The notes under the pieces were generated by a model that worked only from the letters and a program-made list of their open reading frames with translations, searched no databases and was not told the origin of the DNA. From positions 1 through 37,477 of the forward strand of contig JAFDYH010000021.1 of NCBI GenBank assembly GCA_018267535.1: DNA of 37,477 nt, in the 5' to 3' direction. The translations under genes and the position numbers were made by a program. The DNA is from Bacteroidota bacterium. GTDB taxonomy: Bacteria > Bacteroidota > Bacteroidia > Chitinophagales > Chitinophagaceae. Of the stretch, positions 7,778 through 16,539 are shown piece by piece. Numbering within the stretch: position 1 is the stretch's first letter; every line of letters starts with the position of its first letter.

Positions 7778-9949
7778 ATGCAACGCTGGAAGAATATTTT
7801 CTATAATATCATTTTATCGCTGAATTGTCTACTGTTGTTTTTACTGGTTTTCGAAAGCCGGTTATCGGTTCCTTCCTGGCTGCAGGTATTCGGTCGCATG
7901 CATCCACTGGTTGTACACTTTCCTATAGTGCTGGTGCTGGTATATCTTGCGTTTCTTTTTTTTATTCCCACCGATTTGCGAAAAGAGAACTGGTATACAC
8001 TGCTGATGGAGATATTGCTGATTTTTTCGGCCATTTCAGCAGTGCTTTCTGCTTTAATGGGCTTGTTTTTATCCAAAGAAGCAGGCTATGATCCGGATGC
8101 GCTGGCCTGGCACAAATGGATGGGTGTGGCAACTTCTTTCGGTTTATTCTTATTGTATTCTTTCAAAAATCAATTGTATAAAATTCCGGTAGCCCGTTAT
8201 CTTTTTATTTTCACTGTATCAGCTATGGTTGTGTTGGCTGGTCATTTGGGTGGAAATATTACACATGGCGAAAACTATGTGTTGGCGCCGGTAACGCCCG
8301 TAACCAAAAGAATGCTGGCTCCATTTGAAGATGCATTTGTATATGCGGACCTGGTACAGCCAATATTAGAAAGTAAATGTATTTCCTGTCATAACAGCAG
8401 CAAGGCAAAAGGGGAATTGATTATGGAAACAAAGGAATTGCTGCTGAAAGGAGGGAAGGATGGAAAATTGTGGGATAAAACGAAGGCGGACTTGGGTTTA
8501 ATGATGCAGCGCATTCATTTGCCTGAAGAAGAAAAGGAACATATGCCTCCTTCCGGCAAACCACAATTAACCAACCAGGAACTGGAAATACTGTATGAAT
8601 GGATAAAATCCGGAGCTAAGTTTGAACAAAAGGTGGCAGATTTATCCCCGACGGATACGTTGAGAATAATGGCTGCAAAAATTTTGAAGCAGTCTACCGA
8701 TGAACAATATGATTTTGCCGCTGCAGATGAAAAGTTGATTCAGAAGCTCAGTAACGACAACCGTGTTATTACACCCTTGTTTATTAATTCTCCGGCTCTA
8801 AATGTAAATTTTTATAACCGCACTTATTACAAACCGGAGGATTTAACGGCATTAGCGCCATTAAATAAGCAGATTGTTGAAATGAACCTCGATAATATGC
8901 CCGTAAAAGATGAAGACCTGAAAATAATTTCTGAATTTACTAACCTGCGGAGATTAAATTTAAATTATTCCGCCATTACGGGTAGCTCATTGGCAGAATT
9001 AAAAAAACTGGTTAACCTTAGAAGCCTTTCTCTATCTGGTACCTCCGTGAAAGCAGCGCAATTAAATTCAATTACCTCATTGCCAAAACTACGGGCTGTT
9101 TATCTGTGGAATACGGAGATCACCCCGGCTGATATTAAAAACCTGGTGAACCAGAATAAAAATATTGCTTATCAATCCGGGTTTAAAGGAGATACGGTTG
9201 TTTTAAAACTAACACCTCCGGTATTGGAAAATGAAGAACAAATCATTACTTCTTCATTGCCTATAAAAATCAAACATTATATCCGCGGTACGGATATCCG
9301 CTATACTTTAGATGGAACCGATCCTGACAGTACAACTTCACCTGTTTATGACGGTAAGTTGTCCCTTACAACGGATGTCACATTAAAAGCAAGAGCATTT
9401 AAACCCGGCTGGATAGGCAGTGATATAATGAAACAACACTTTTTCAAAAGTACTTTCCATCCTGATAGTGTAATACTGATAACGGCGGCGGATAAGAAAT
9501 ATCCCGGTAAAGGGGGCCGAACACTCATTGATATTGAAAAGGGAGACATTGACAATTTCGGTAATGGTAAATGGATCGGTTACAGAGAGAACCCCATGGA
9601 AGCAATGATGGTTTTTGACAAGCCAGAAGAAATAAAAGCAGTTAGTATCAGTGCATTGAAAAATATAGACGGTTATATTTTTCCTCCCCTGAGTGTTGAA
9701 GTGTGGGGTGGTGAAGATGAAAAGAATTTAAAGTTGTTAAGTAAAGTAATGCCGCTGCAGCCTACCGAGGAATCAACAAAGAAGAAAGATTTTGTAAATA
9801 CAGAGAACCTTGTGATCAACTGCAATTTTAAACCGGTAACTGTAAAATTTATTAAGCTTTTAATAAAACCTGTTCCCAAACTCCCTCAATGGCATAGCGG
9901 TAAGAAGGAAAAAGGATGGTTTTTTGTTGATGAGGTATTTGTCAACTAG
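7778..9949 (+). CDS. membrane-anchored c-type cytochrome-domain protein with LRR, chitobiase-C-like and discoidin-like domains
   Basis: The N-terminus has about 5 TM helices (HPLVVHFPIVLVLVYLAF.., DUF2231-like). A PSCyt-type CISCH motif is at 8378-8392. LRR units read LRRLNLNYSAITG / LRSLSLSGTSV / LRAVYLWNTEIT. An IRYTLDGTDPDSTTSPVY block is present, followed by a C-terminal beta-sandwich-like region. Confidence 0.75.
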   Translation: MQRWKNIFYNIILSLNCLLLFLLVFESRLSVPSWLQVFGRMHPLVVHFPIVLVLVYLAFLFFIPTDLRKENWYTLLMEILLIFSAISAVLSALMGLFLSKEAGYDPDALAWHKWMGVATSFGLFLLYSFKNQLYKIPVARYLFIFTVSAMVVLAGHLGGNITHGENYVLAPVTPVTKRMLAPFEDAFVYADLVQPILESKCISCHNSSKAKGELIMETKELLLKGGKDGKLWDKTKADLGLMMQRIHLPEEEKEHMPPSGKPQLTNQELEILYEWIKSGAKFEQKVADLSPTDTLRIMAAKILKQSTDEQYDFAAADEKLIQKLSNDNRVITPLFINSPALNVNFYNRTYYKPEDLTALAPLNKQIVEMNLDNMPVKDEDLKIISEFTNLRRLNLNYSAITGSSLAELKKLVNLRSLSLSGTSVKAAQLNSITSLPKLRAVYLWNTEITPADIKNLVNQNKNIAYQSGFKGDTVVLKLTPPVLENEEQIITSSLPIKIKHYIRGTDIRYTLDGTDPDSTTSPVYDGKLSLTTDVTLKARAFKPGWIGSDIMKQHFFKSTFHPDSVILITAADKKYPGKGGRTLIDIEKGDIDNFGNGKWIGYRENPMEAMMVFDKPEEIKAVSISALKNIDGYIFPPLSVEVWGGEDEKNLKLLSKVMPLQPTEESTKKKDFVNTENLVINCNFKPVTVKFIKLLIKPVPKLPQWHSGKKEKGWFFVDEVFVN

Positions 9950-9951
9950 GG

Positions 9952-10407
9952 TTACCAGTTATTAGCCTGGTCCGCATTCATTCTTTCTGATACATCTGAA
10001 GGCTTATTCGTTTTCCAGTCAGGATCATATTTTACAAACCAAGAAATCCAGAGGCTGCGGGACAGGCGCATCAGCCAGGGCTGCAGTAAAATAAGGAATA
10101 CTCCATTAACGGCGATCCAATAGAAGAAGCGGTTGTCTTCTAAAGACATACCGATAGTCAATAACCACACAAAAAAACTGGCGACACATAATAATATGGA
10201 GATAGCATAGCTTACATAACTGGTGCCGTAATAAAAACCAACTTCAATTTCTGTAGGCTGTCCGCATACCGGGCAATCCTTGTTCATTTCCATGTTTTTT
10301 TTAAAACTTATACTCGTTGGATTTTTGAACAATTTCCCTTCGCGGCAACGGGGGCAGCGGCATCCTAATACAGAAGAAATATAACCTCTTGAGGCAGTTT
10401 GTGACAT
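9952..10407 (-). CDS. DUF983 family membrane protein with N-terminal zinc-ribbon
   Basis: CPRCREGKLF ... CPVCGQP (CxxC-x26-CxxC) is followed by two hydrophobic helices, which is the DUF983 pattern. The start lies 1 nt after the stop of the upstream small ORF. Confidence 0.75.
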   Translation of the reverse strand: MSQTASRGYISSVLGCRCPRCREGKLFKNPTSISFKKNMEMNKDCPVCGQPTEIEVGFYYGTSYVSYAISILLCVASFFVWLLTIGMSLEDNRFFYWIAVNGVFLILLQPWLMRLSRSLWISWFVKYDPDWKTNKPSDVSERMNADQANNW

Positions 10408-10408
10408 G

Positions 10409-10609
10409 TTATGTATCCTGCTGTTTTTTAAACATACTGAATAATAAACCTCCCATCATTGCGCCATACGCTGTACTGTTATGCCATTTTGAAGTAATTG
10501 GGCAAGTGCCTGTAGTACAGCCTACAAATTTCCAGTACATAAAGCCTCCAACAGCACCGATAAGAATACCGGCAACAAGAAGTTTATTATTTAATAACCA
10601 GTTTTTCAT
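10409..10609 (-). CDS. small two-TM membrane protein (DUF6132-like)
   Basis: MKNWLLNNKLLVAGILIGAVGGFMYWKFVGCTTGTCPITS..GAMMGGLLFSMF. I chose the internal ATG at 10609 over the ORF-track start at 10630 because MK..hydrophobic is the typical N-terminus of this family. Confidence 0.55.
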   Translation of the reverse strand: MKNWLLNNKLLVAGILIGAVGGFMYWKFVGCTTGTCPITSKWHNSTAYGAMMGGLLFSMFKKQQDT

Positions 10610-10688
10610 GCTGATCAGCATTAGCTGCAAAGGTACGGTATGATAATTTATGAGGAAAAGAAAGAATATTCTGTGATCTGTATCAATT

Positions 10689-11963
10689 TTAATCCAGTAC
10701 TTTTTCCATTTGCATGCTTCTTGATCCTTTTACCAACAGGTAACTATCAGTAAAAGCCTGTTCTTTTAGCCATTCTTTGGCATCGGCTGATGATTTAAGT
10801 TGAATAAATGGATGATGCGTTTTTAAAAAATCACCACCGACCAGCACTACATTTTTCCAGTTGAATTTTTTTATGAGGTCAATAATGGCGTTATGCTCAT
10901 TTAAGCTTTCAGTTCCCAATTCAGCCATAGCGCCCAATACTAAAACTTTATTGGCTGCATTTAGTTTTGCAAAATTTTCAATTGCAAGTTTCATACTGCT
11001 TGGGTTTGCATTGTATGCATCCAGTATTATTTTATTAGACCCCTTCTCAATTAATTGAGAGCGGCTGTTAGCAGGTGTATAATTTTCAATAGCTGTTTTT
11101 ATTTTACTTTCTTCTATTTTAAAATAGCGGCCAATACAAACGGCGGCCAATACATTTGGTAAGTTATAATCCCCAACGAGATTTGTTTTAATTGGCTTTT
11201 CTGAAAAATTTTCTATAGCTACTTCAAGAAAAGGCTCGCTTTTTTTTACGATGCCGCATGTCTGGGCGTTCTGTGTTCCATAAGTGATCACAGTTGGTAT
11301 TCCCTTGCTCATTTCACGCAGATAATCGTAATCATTCATAATAAACGCTGTTCCTTTACTGGTGCGCAGGTAATCGAATAATTCTCCTTTCCCTTTTTTC
11401 ACTCCTTCAGGCCCTCCAAAACCTTCCAGGTGGGCTTTACCTGCATTTGTAATTAATCCATGTGTCGGGAGAGTGTATTTACAATAACCTTCTATTTCTT
11501 TCTGGTGATTGGCACCCATTTCAATGACGGCAATTTCGGCGTCCGTCTTAATTTTTAAAATAGTCAAGGGTATGCCTATATGATTATTAAAGTTACCTTC
11601 TGTCGTATAGGTTTTAAAAGAAGAAGAAAGAACGGCACGGATTAATTCTTTGGTTGTTGTTTTTCCATTGCTGCCGGTGATTGCTATAAATGGAATGTTG
11701 AATTGTTCGCGGTGGTATTTAGCAAGCTGCTGAAGCGAATTCAAAACATTATCCGCAAGGATTGTTTTCCCTGGTATTTCATATTCTTTTTCGTCAATTA
11801 CTGCATATGCAGCGCCGGATTCAATGGCTTTTTGTGCAAACGTGTTCCCATTAAAATTTTCGCCTTTCAATGCAAAGAATAAATCCCCGCTTTTCAGTTT
11901 TCTTGTATCTGTCTGTATGGAAGGATATTGCTTATAAATCTCGTATAATGATTGGATGCTCAT
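10689..11963 (-). CDS. murF: UDP-N-acetylmuramoyl-tripeptide--D-alanyl-D-alanine ligase
   Basis: A Mur ligase P-loop (ITGSNGKTTTKE), the DAYNANP motif and a length of 424 aa support the call. Confidence 0.9.
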   Translation of the reverse strand: MSIQSLYEIYKQYPSIQTDTRKLKSGDLFFALKGENFNGNTFAQKAIESGAAYAVIDEKEYEIPGKTILADNVLNSLQQLAKYHREQFNIPFIAITGSNGKTTTKELIRAVLSSSFKTYTTEGNFNNHIGIPLTILKIKTDAEIAVIEMGANHQKEIEGYCKYTLPTHGLITNAGKAHLEGFGGPEGVKKGKGELFDYLRTSKGTAFIMNDYDYLREMSKGIPTVITYGTQNAQTCGIVKKSEPFLEVAIENFSEKPIKTNLVGDYNLPNVLAAVCIGRYFKIEESKIKTAIENYTPANSRSQLIEKGSNKIILDAYNANPSSMKLAIENFAKLNAANKVLVLGAMAELGTESLNEHNAIIDLIKKFNWKNVVLVGGDFLKTHHPFIQLKSSADAKEWLKEQAFTDSYLLVKGSRSMQMEKVLD

Positions 11964-12036
11964 AAAGCAAAAGTAAGAGTCATTAAGTTCATTTTGTAAA
12001 ACAGGTCAAATGAGGTTCGGTGAAACTACTTCAAAC

Positions 12037-12068
12037 AAAAAGCCTCCCGTTTTTGCGGGAGGCTTTTT
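12037..12068 (-). terminator. Rho-independent terminator downstream of gldJ (bidirectional hairpin)
   Basis: A perfect 9-bp GC-rich stem pairs agcctcccg (12041-12049) with cgggaggct (12056-12064) across a 6-nt loop. It is flanked by A-runs and T-runs on both sides and lies 20 nt past the gldJ stop. Confidence 0.8.
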
Positions 12069-12087
12069 ATGAAAGTGAGAATGGTAA

Positions 12088-13632
12088 TTATCTTTTTTGT
12101 CTTCTTGTTTTCCACCAGTTACCGGTCTTACGCTTATTGCCTTCAGGGCTACCCATGCGGTCCATTGCGCAACGGAAACCTACAGTGCTGCTGGCCTCGT
12201 CTTCTTCCATAAAACGACGTGTGCCAGGGCTAAGCCAATAAGCCATATCATTCCAGCTACCCCCTTTATACACTCTTGAATGGTCGCCGATCAGTGTGGT
12301 TTGACCATAGCCATAACTTACACCGGATAAACTATCACCATCGAGATAGTTAATTACGTTGCCGCGCTGGTAGTTGCGACGGTTTTTGCTTTCCTCATCC
12401 GTTACATCCACCATCTTTACTTTACCTATACTATCTATTTCAGCTTCTCCATTCTGGTTTTTGTACAATTTCTGATATTTATTACCACGGAAAGGAGCAA
12501 CGTCATCCTGGTCTAAGCCAGTCAAGGGGCGATAAACGTCCATCACCCATTCGCTAACGTTACCGGCCATATTATAAATACCAAAGCCATTTGGATAGAA
12601 TGAGTTTACAGGAGCTGTATAAACTGCACGGTCGTTCAAGCCACCCGCTACACCGGCATTATCGCCAGCACCCCGTTTAAAGTTTGCCAGAAACTGACCT
12701 TGCCAGCTTCCATGGCGAGTATCACGAAGCCCATTTACATTTTGCGACCATGGATATACCTGCTTGTTTGTAATTAACTCTTCTCCTCTTTTTCCTTCTT
12801 TAGTACTTGGATTAGGGTTCTGGCTGATGTAACCATAAGCTGCATATTCCCATTCAGCCTCAAAAGGAAGCCGGTAGGCAGGTAATAATATACCATCTTC
12901 AAAACTAACTGTAGTGCGGGGCGCACCAGTAGCAGTTTTTAAAGGATTGTTCTTTTTAGAAGTCGCGGTTTTACCCGGCTGCGCCTGGTATAAGCCTAAC
13001 AAATATGACTTTGTTGTAAAATTATTTTCCTGCTGTTCGCCTTGAATAGATTGTTTGGCGATATAGCCCTTGTTGAATAAAATTCCTTCATTTACACGAT
13101 CGCCTCTCCACAAGCAGAAATCACTTGCTTGTTTCCAGCTTACGCCTACTACAGGATAATCATTAAAACCAGGGTGACGGAAATAATACTCCACCAGTGG
13201 TTCATTATAACTCAATTCGCTACGCCAAACCATTGTATCAGGTAAAGCGCCATCAATTATTTTTTGATTATTGGGATCGGCTGTCGGATCAAAAATCCTG
13301 TTCAACCAATAGATATATTCGCGATAGTGAACATTGGCTACTTCGGTACGGTCGATATAAAAAGAAGGAACTGTAACACGGCGGGGGATGTTGTTGAAGT
13401 CGCCCATTACATCTTCCTCTGTTTGTCCCATGGTGAAGGTACCACCTTGTACAAACACCAGACCAGGGCCATTTCCCTGCTCTTTTGATTTAGCCACCTG
13501 GTAACCACCCATGTTCTTGTCGTTGTAGTTCCAGCCGGTCACTTCTGATTTAGCATGCTTTTTTGAGCCACTTTTACAGGATGCCAGTAAAGCGGCGCAG
13601 GATAAGAGGATTAATAAATTTTTCACTTTCAT
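12088..13632 (-). CDS. gldJ: gliding motility lipoprotein GldJ (SUMF1/FGE-sulfatase-like fold)
   Basis: A lipoprotein signal (LLASCKS) is followed by TGWNYNDKNMGGYQV and FVQGGTFTMGQ. Later FGE-type blocks read YPVVGVSW and FGIYNMAGNVSEW. The position next to murF is a frequent arrangement in Bacteroidota. Confidence 0.85.
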   Translation of the reverse strand: MKVKNLLILLSCAALLASCKSGSKKHAKSEVTGWNYNDKNMGGYQVAKSKEQGNGPGLVFVQGGTFTMGQTEEDVMGDFNNIPRRVTVPSFYIDRTEVANVHYREYIYWLNRIFDPTADPNNQKIIDGALPDTMVWRSELSYNEPLVEYYFRHPGFNDYPVVGVSWKQASDFCLWRGDRVNEGILFNKGYIAKQSIQGEQQENNFTTKSYLLGLYQAQPGKTATSKKNNPLKTATGAPRTTVSFEDGILLPAYRLPFEAEWEYAAYGYISQNPNPSTKEGKRGEELITNKQVYPWSQNVNGLRDTRHGSWQGQFLANFKRGAGDNAGVAGGLNDRAVYTAPVNSFYPNGFGIYNMAGNVSEWVMDVYRPLTGLDQDDVAPFRGNKYQKLYKNQNGEAEIDSIGKVKMVDVTDEESKNRRNYQRGNVINYLDGDSLSGVSYGYGQTTLIGDHSRVYKGGSWNDMAYWLSPGTRRFMEEDEASSTVGFRCAMDRMGSPEGNKRKTGNWWKTRRQKR

Positions 13633-14076
13633 AATTTTTTGCTTGTACCTGGGTTTGGAAATGATTTAACGACTGCCGGGGATGGAATATTGTATATGAA
13701 TGAACGAATTATCACCACGGGTCGCTGCGAATATAAATACATCCGTTAGATTTGAATAAGTGGAAATACGTGGGTTGAATCGTTAAATTCCCCACACTTC
13801 ATTTTTTTATTTTCTTACTGGTTGAAAAAGTTCTGTTTAGGAGAAGCTGGTTCCCAGTGTCATCGTTTTATGGTTGAGGGATAAGTATTTATGAGTAAAT
13901 ATTTAATAATTAAAGCGATGGCCGGGGCAATAAAGAAGGCATAACATCGTTCAATGCAAGTGCGGAAAGTATTCAGAGGAGGATCAGGCTCTGATAATTG
14001 ATTTGAATCCAAATCCTTTTGATTCCGTGCCAAATTCATTTTACGTGTTTATTTCAAATTTTTTAAAAGTTTACTA

Positions 14077-15264
14077 ATGAGATCAACTGCTTTCAGGCTA
14101 TCTGCCCTAATCCTTTCCCTATGCGGTTTAGCAACAATGGCAATTTCCCAGGACAGAATAAACGTGGTAACTACTGCTGTTCCATTCTTACGTATATCGC
14201 CGGATGCACGTGCCGGAGGTATGGGAGATATGGGTGTTGCTACAGCCCCGGATGCTAATTCTTCTTTTTACAATATCAGTAAAGCTGTATTTAATACTTC
14301 GAAAGGGGGGGTATCTGCTACTTATACTCCATGGTTAAAAGACCTTGGCTTGAATGATGTGTATATGGCTACATTAACAGGTTATTACAAATTTGCCGAT
14401 GACCAGGCAATAACCGGGGGATTAAGATATTTTAGCCTGGGTAATATTCAGTTTACGGATGCTGCTGGTAATAACCTCAACACATTTCGTCCCCGTGAAT
14501 TTGCATTTGATCTTGGCTATTCCCGCAAATTATCTGAAAAACTGGGTGTCGGCTTAGGATTAAAATATATCTATTCAAATCTTGCCGGCAATGTTCCAAC
14601 AACGGGTCAATCCTTTAAAGCAGGTACAACGGTTGCAGGCGATATCAGCTTATTCTATAATAACCAGAACGAGGCCGGCCAGGGCCTGACAGCAGGCTTA
14701 TCATTAAGTAACCTTGGAGGGAAAATAGCATATACAAGCAATGCCGATCAAAAAGATTTTATACCGGCTAATCTTTCTCTAGGAACTATGTATACAAAAG
14801 TGATGGATGAAAGCAATAAGATCGCTTTTGGTATCGAAGTAAACAAATTGCTGGTACCTACTCCACCGGTTGATGCCAACGGAAATATTACTGATTCTAT
14901 GGCGCTGGTCAACTATCGAAAAAAGGGAGTGCTTAGCAGTTGGTTTAGTTCATTTGGCGATGCGCCAGGTGGGTTCAAAGAAGAATTAAAAGAATTCCAG
15001 GTTTCTATAGGTGCAGAATACACTTATAACAATCAGTTTTCGGTTCGGGCCGGTTATTTTTATGAAGACAAAACAAAAGGCAACCGTAAATATTTCACCA
15101 TGGGTGTAGGTTTGAAGTATAATATTTTTGGATTAAACTTCTCGTACCTCTTACCTTCCGGTAGCGGTACAAACCGTAACCCACTTTCAAATACATTGCG
15201 TTTTTCTCTTTTATTCGACTTAGATGGCGGAAGCGGCGATGATACCCCGGCTTCTGATCAATAA
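14077..15264 (+). CDS. porV: type IX secretion system outer-membrane shuttle protein PorV (LptO)
   Basis: A signal peptide precedes TTAVPFLRISPDARAGGMGDMGVATAPDANS, the hallmark N-terminal block of PorV. The rest shows a beta-barrel alternating pattern ending in ..LRFSLLF. Confidence 0.85.
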   Translation: MRSTAFRLSALILSLCGLATMAISQDRINVVTTAVPFLRISPDARAGGMGDMGVATAPDANSSFYNISKAVFNTSKGGVSATYTPWLKDLGLNDVYMATLTGYYKFADDQAITGGLRYFSLGNIQFTDAAGNNLNTFRPREFAFDLGYSRKLSEKLGVGLGLKYIYSNLAGNVPTTGQSFKAGTTVAGDISLFYNNQNEAGQGLTAGLSLSNLGGKIAYTSNADQKDFIPANLSLGTMYTKVMDESNKIAFGIEVNKLLVPTPPVDANGNITDSMALVNYRKKGVLSSWFSSFGDAPGGFKEELKEFQVSIGAEYTYNNQFSVRAGYFYEDKTKGNRKYFTMGVGLKYNIFGLNFSYLLPSGSGTNRNPLSNTLRFSLLFDLDGGSGDDTPASDQ

Positions 15265-15290
15265 TAGTTTGTATTAATTGGACAATAATC

Positions 15291-15334
15291 AAAAGACGTT
15301 CTGTGAATAAAAAAACAGGACGTCTTTTTGTTTT
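15291..15334 (+). terminator. Rho-independent terminator after porV
   Basis: aaaagacgttctgt (15291-15304) pairs with acaggacgtctttt (15315-15328) with one mismatch. The stem is followed by tttttgtttt. Confidence 0.7.
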
Positions 15335-15477
15335 CAGATATTTGCAGGGTTGGGTAACAAATGTTCAGTGTGAGCTTTTGGCCCCTTTTCAGAAATTTTG
15401 TTTGAAATAAAAATTTTCAACTAAAGCCTGACAACCGGCACCTGACAACAAACAACCCTCACCCAATAACTGATTTT

Positions 15478-15960
15478 ATGTCTATACGTATTGGCTTCGG
15501 AACAGACTTTCATCGCTTGGCAGAAGGAAGAGAATTGTGGATCGGCGGGGTGAAAATTCCACATCATAAAGGTGCAGTAGGGCATAGTGATGCCGATGTT
15601 TTATTGCATGCAATATGCGATGCCATGCTGGGTGCTGCCTGTTTGGGTGATATAGGCGTTCATTTTCCGGATACATCAGCAGAATTTAAGAATATCGATA
15701 GTAAGATATTGCTAAAGCGAACAACAGACCTTATTTCAAGAGAAGGCTATTCGATTGTAAATATTGACAGCACACTTTGCCTGCAGGCGCCGAAAATCAA
15801 ACCTTATATTGAGGAAATGCAGAAGGCGATTGCCGGGGTAACAGGCATAACAGTAAAGGATATTTCCATAAAAGCGACTACAACTGAACAACTGGGATTT
15901 GTTGGCCGGGAAGAAGGACTTGTGGCATATGCTGTTGTATTGCTTGAAAAAAGCCGGTGA
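15478..15960 (+). CDS. ispF: 2-C-methyl-D-erythritol 2,4-cyclodiphosphate synthase
   Basis: [27 protein letters not shown] and [10 protein letters not shown] are canonical IspF motifs. The length is 160 aa. Confidence 0.92.
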   Translation: MSIRIGFGTDFHRLAEGRELWIGGVKIPHHKGAVGHSDADVLLHAICDAMLGAACLGDIGVHFPDTSAEFKNIDSKILLKRTTDLISREGYSIVNIDSTLCLQAPKIKPYIEEMQKAIAGVTGITVKDISIKATTTEQLGFVGREEGLVAYAVVLLEKSR

Positions 15961-16080
15961 AAACAGAAGCATAAGTCAAATAAGCCATATCTTTTCACAC
16001 GATTGTTTTGACTTAACGGCAATTTTTAGCTTCATTTCACTTGCTTGACCTTCTTTCCTCTTTCCCATTATCTTTGCCGC

Positions 16081-16524
16081 ATGTCATCAATAGAAATCAG
16101 GATCATCAATACATCCTCCAACAGTTTGCCTGAATATGCAACAAAAGGCTCTTCCGGAATGGATATAAGGGCCAACCTTTCAGAACCCATAGAGCTAAAA
16201 CCATTGGAAAGAATATTAGTGCCTACCGGTTTATTTATGGAAATACCTATTGGCTACGAAGCGCAGATACGACCCAGGAGCGGACTGGCTATAAAGCAGG
16301 GGCTTACCTGCCTGAATACCCCGGGTACGATTGATGCGGACTACAGGGGGGAAATTAAAGTTATTTTAATCAACCTTTCCAATGAAACCCAGGTCATTCA
16401 TCATGGCGACCGGGTTGCACAGATGGTCATCCAGAAAGTGGAAATGATAACCTGGAAGCTGGCTGAGGCATTGGAAGAAACAGAAAGAAGTTCCGGCGGT
16501 TTTGGCCATACAGGAAAGCATTAA
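16081..16524 (+). CDS. dut: dUTP diphosphatase
   Basis: [16 protein letters not shown] and [12 protein letters not shown] are dUTPase motifs, and the C-terminus reads [12 protein letters not shown] preferred the ATG at 16081 ([10 protein letters not shown]) over the ORF-track start at 16045. Confidence 0.9.
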   Translation: MSSIEIRIINTSSNSLPEYATKGSSGMDIRANLSEPIELKPLERILVPTGLFMEIPIGYEAQIRPRSGLAIKQGLTCLNTPGTIDADYRGEIKVILINLSNETQVIHHGDRVAQMVIQKVEMITWKLAEALEETERSSGGFGHTGKH

Positions 16525-16539
16525 TATAAAAACCAGTCC

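Noticed and set aside
7801-8091. Overlapping ORFs of 88-91 aa on both strands at the start of the 7778 gene.
   Set aside because: They lie within the hydrophobic TM-encoding part of a long, well-supported ORF. Alternative frames of TM-rich sequence often stay open.
9947-9954. Convergent genes with nearly abutting stop codons (also at 31013-31018), as possible antisense-overlap regulation.
   Set aside because: Tight convergent packing is common in compact Bacteroidota genomes. No additional structure or conservation signal is visible from the sequence alone.
12020-12279. Plus-strand ORFs of 73 aa and 60 aa at the 3' end of gldJ.
   Set aside because: They overlap the gldJ coding region or its terminator and have no motifs. 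The region is explained by gldJ plus the hairpin at 12041-12064.
14305-14311. A G7 homopolymer inside porV (codons GGG GGG G..) as a possible slipped-strand phase-variation tract.
   Set aside because: Seven bases is at or below the usual threshold for phase variation. porV is a core T9SS gene, and there is no evidence of a frameshift here. The same reasoning applies to the T8 run at 7957-7964 in the 7778 ORF.
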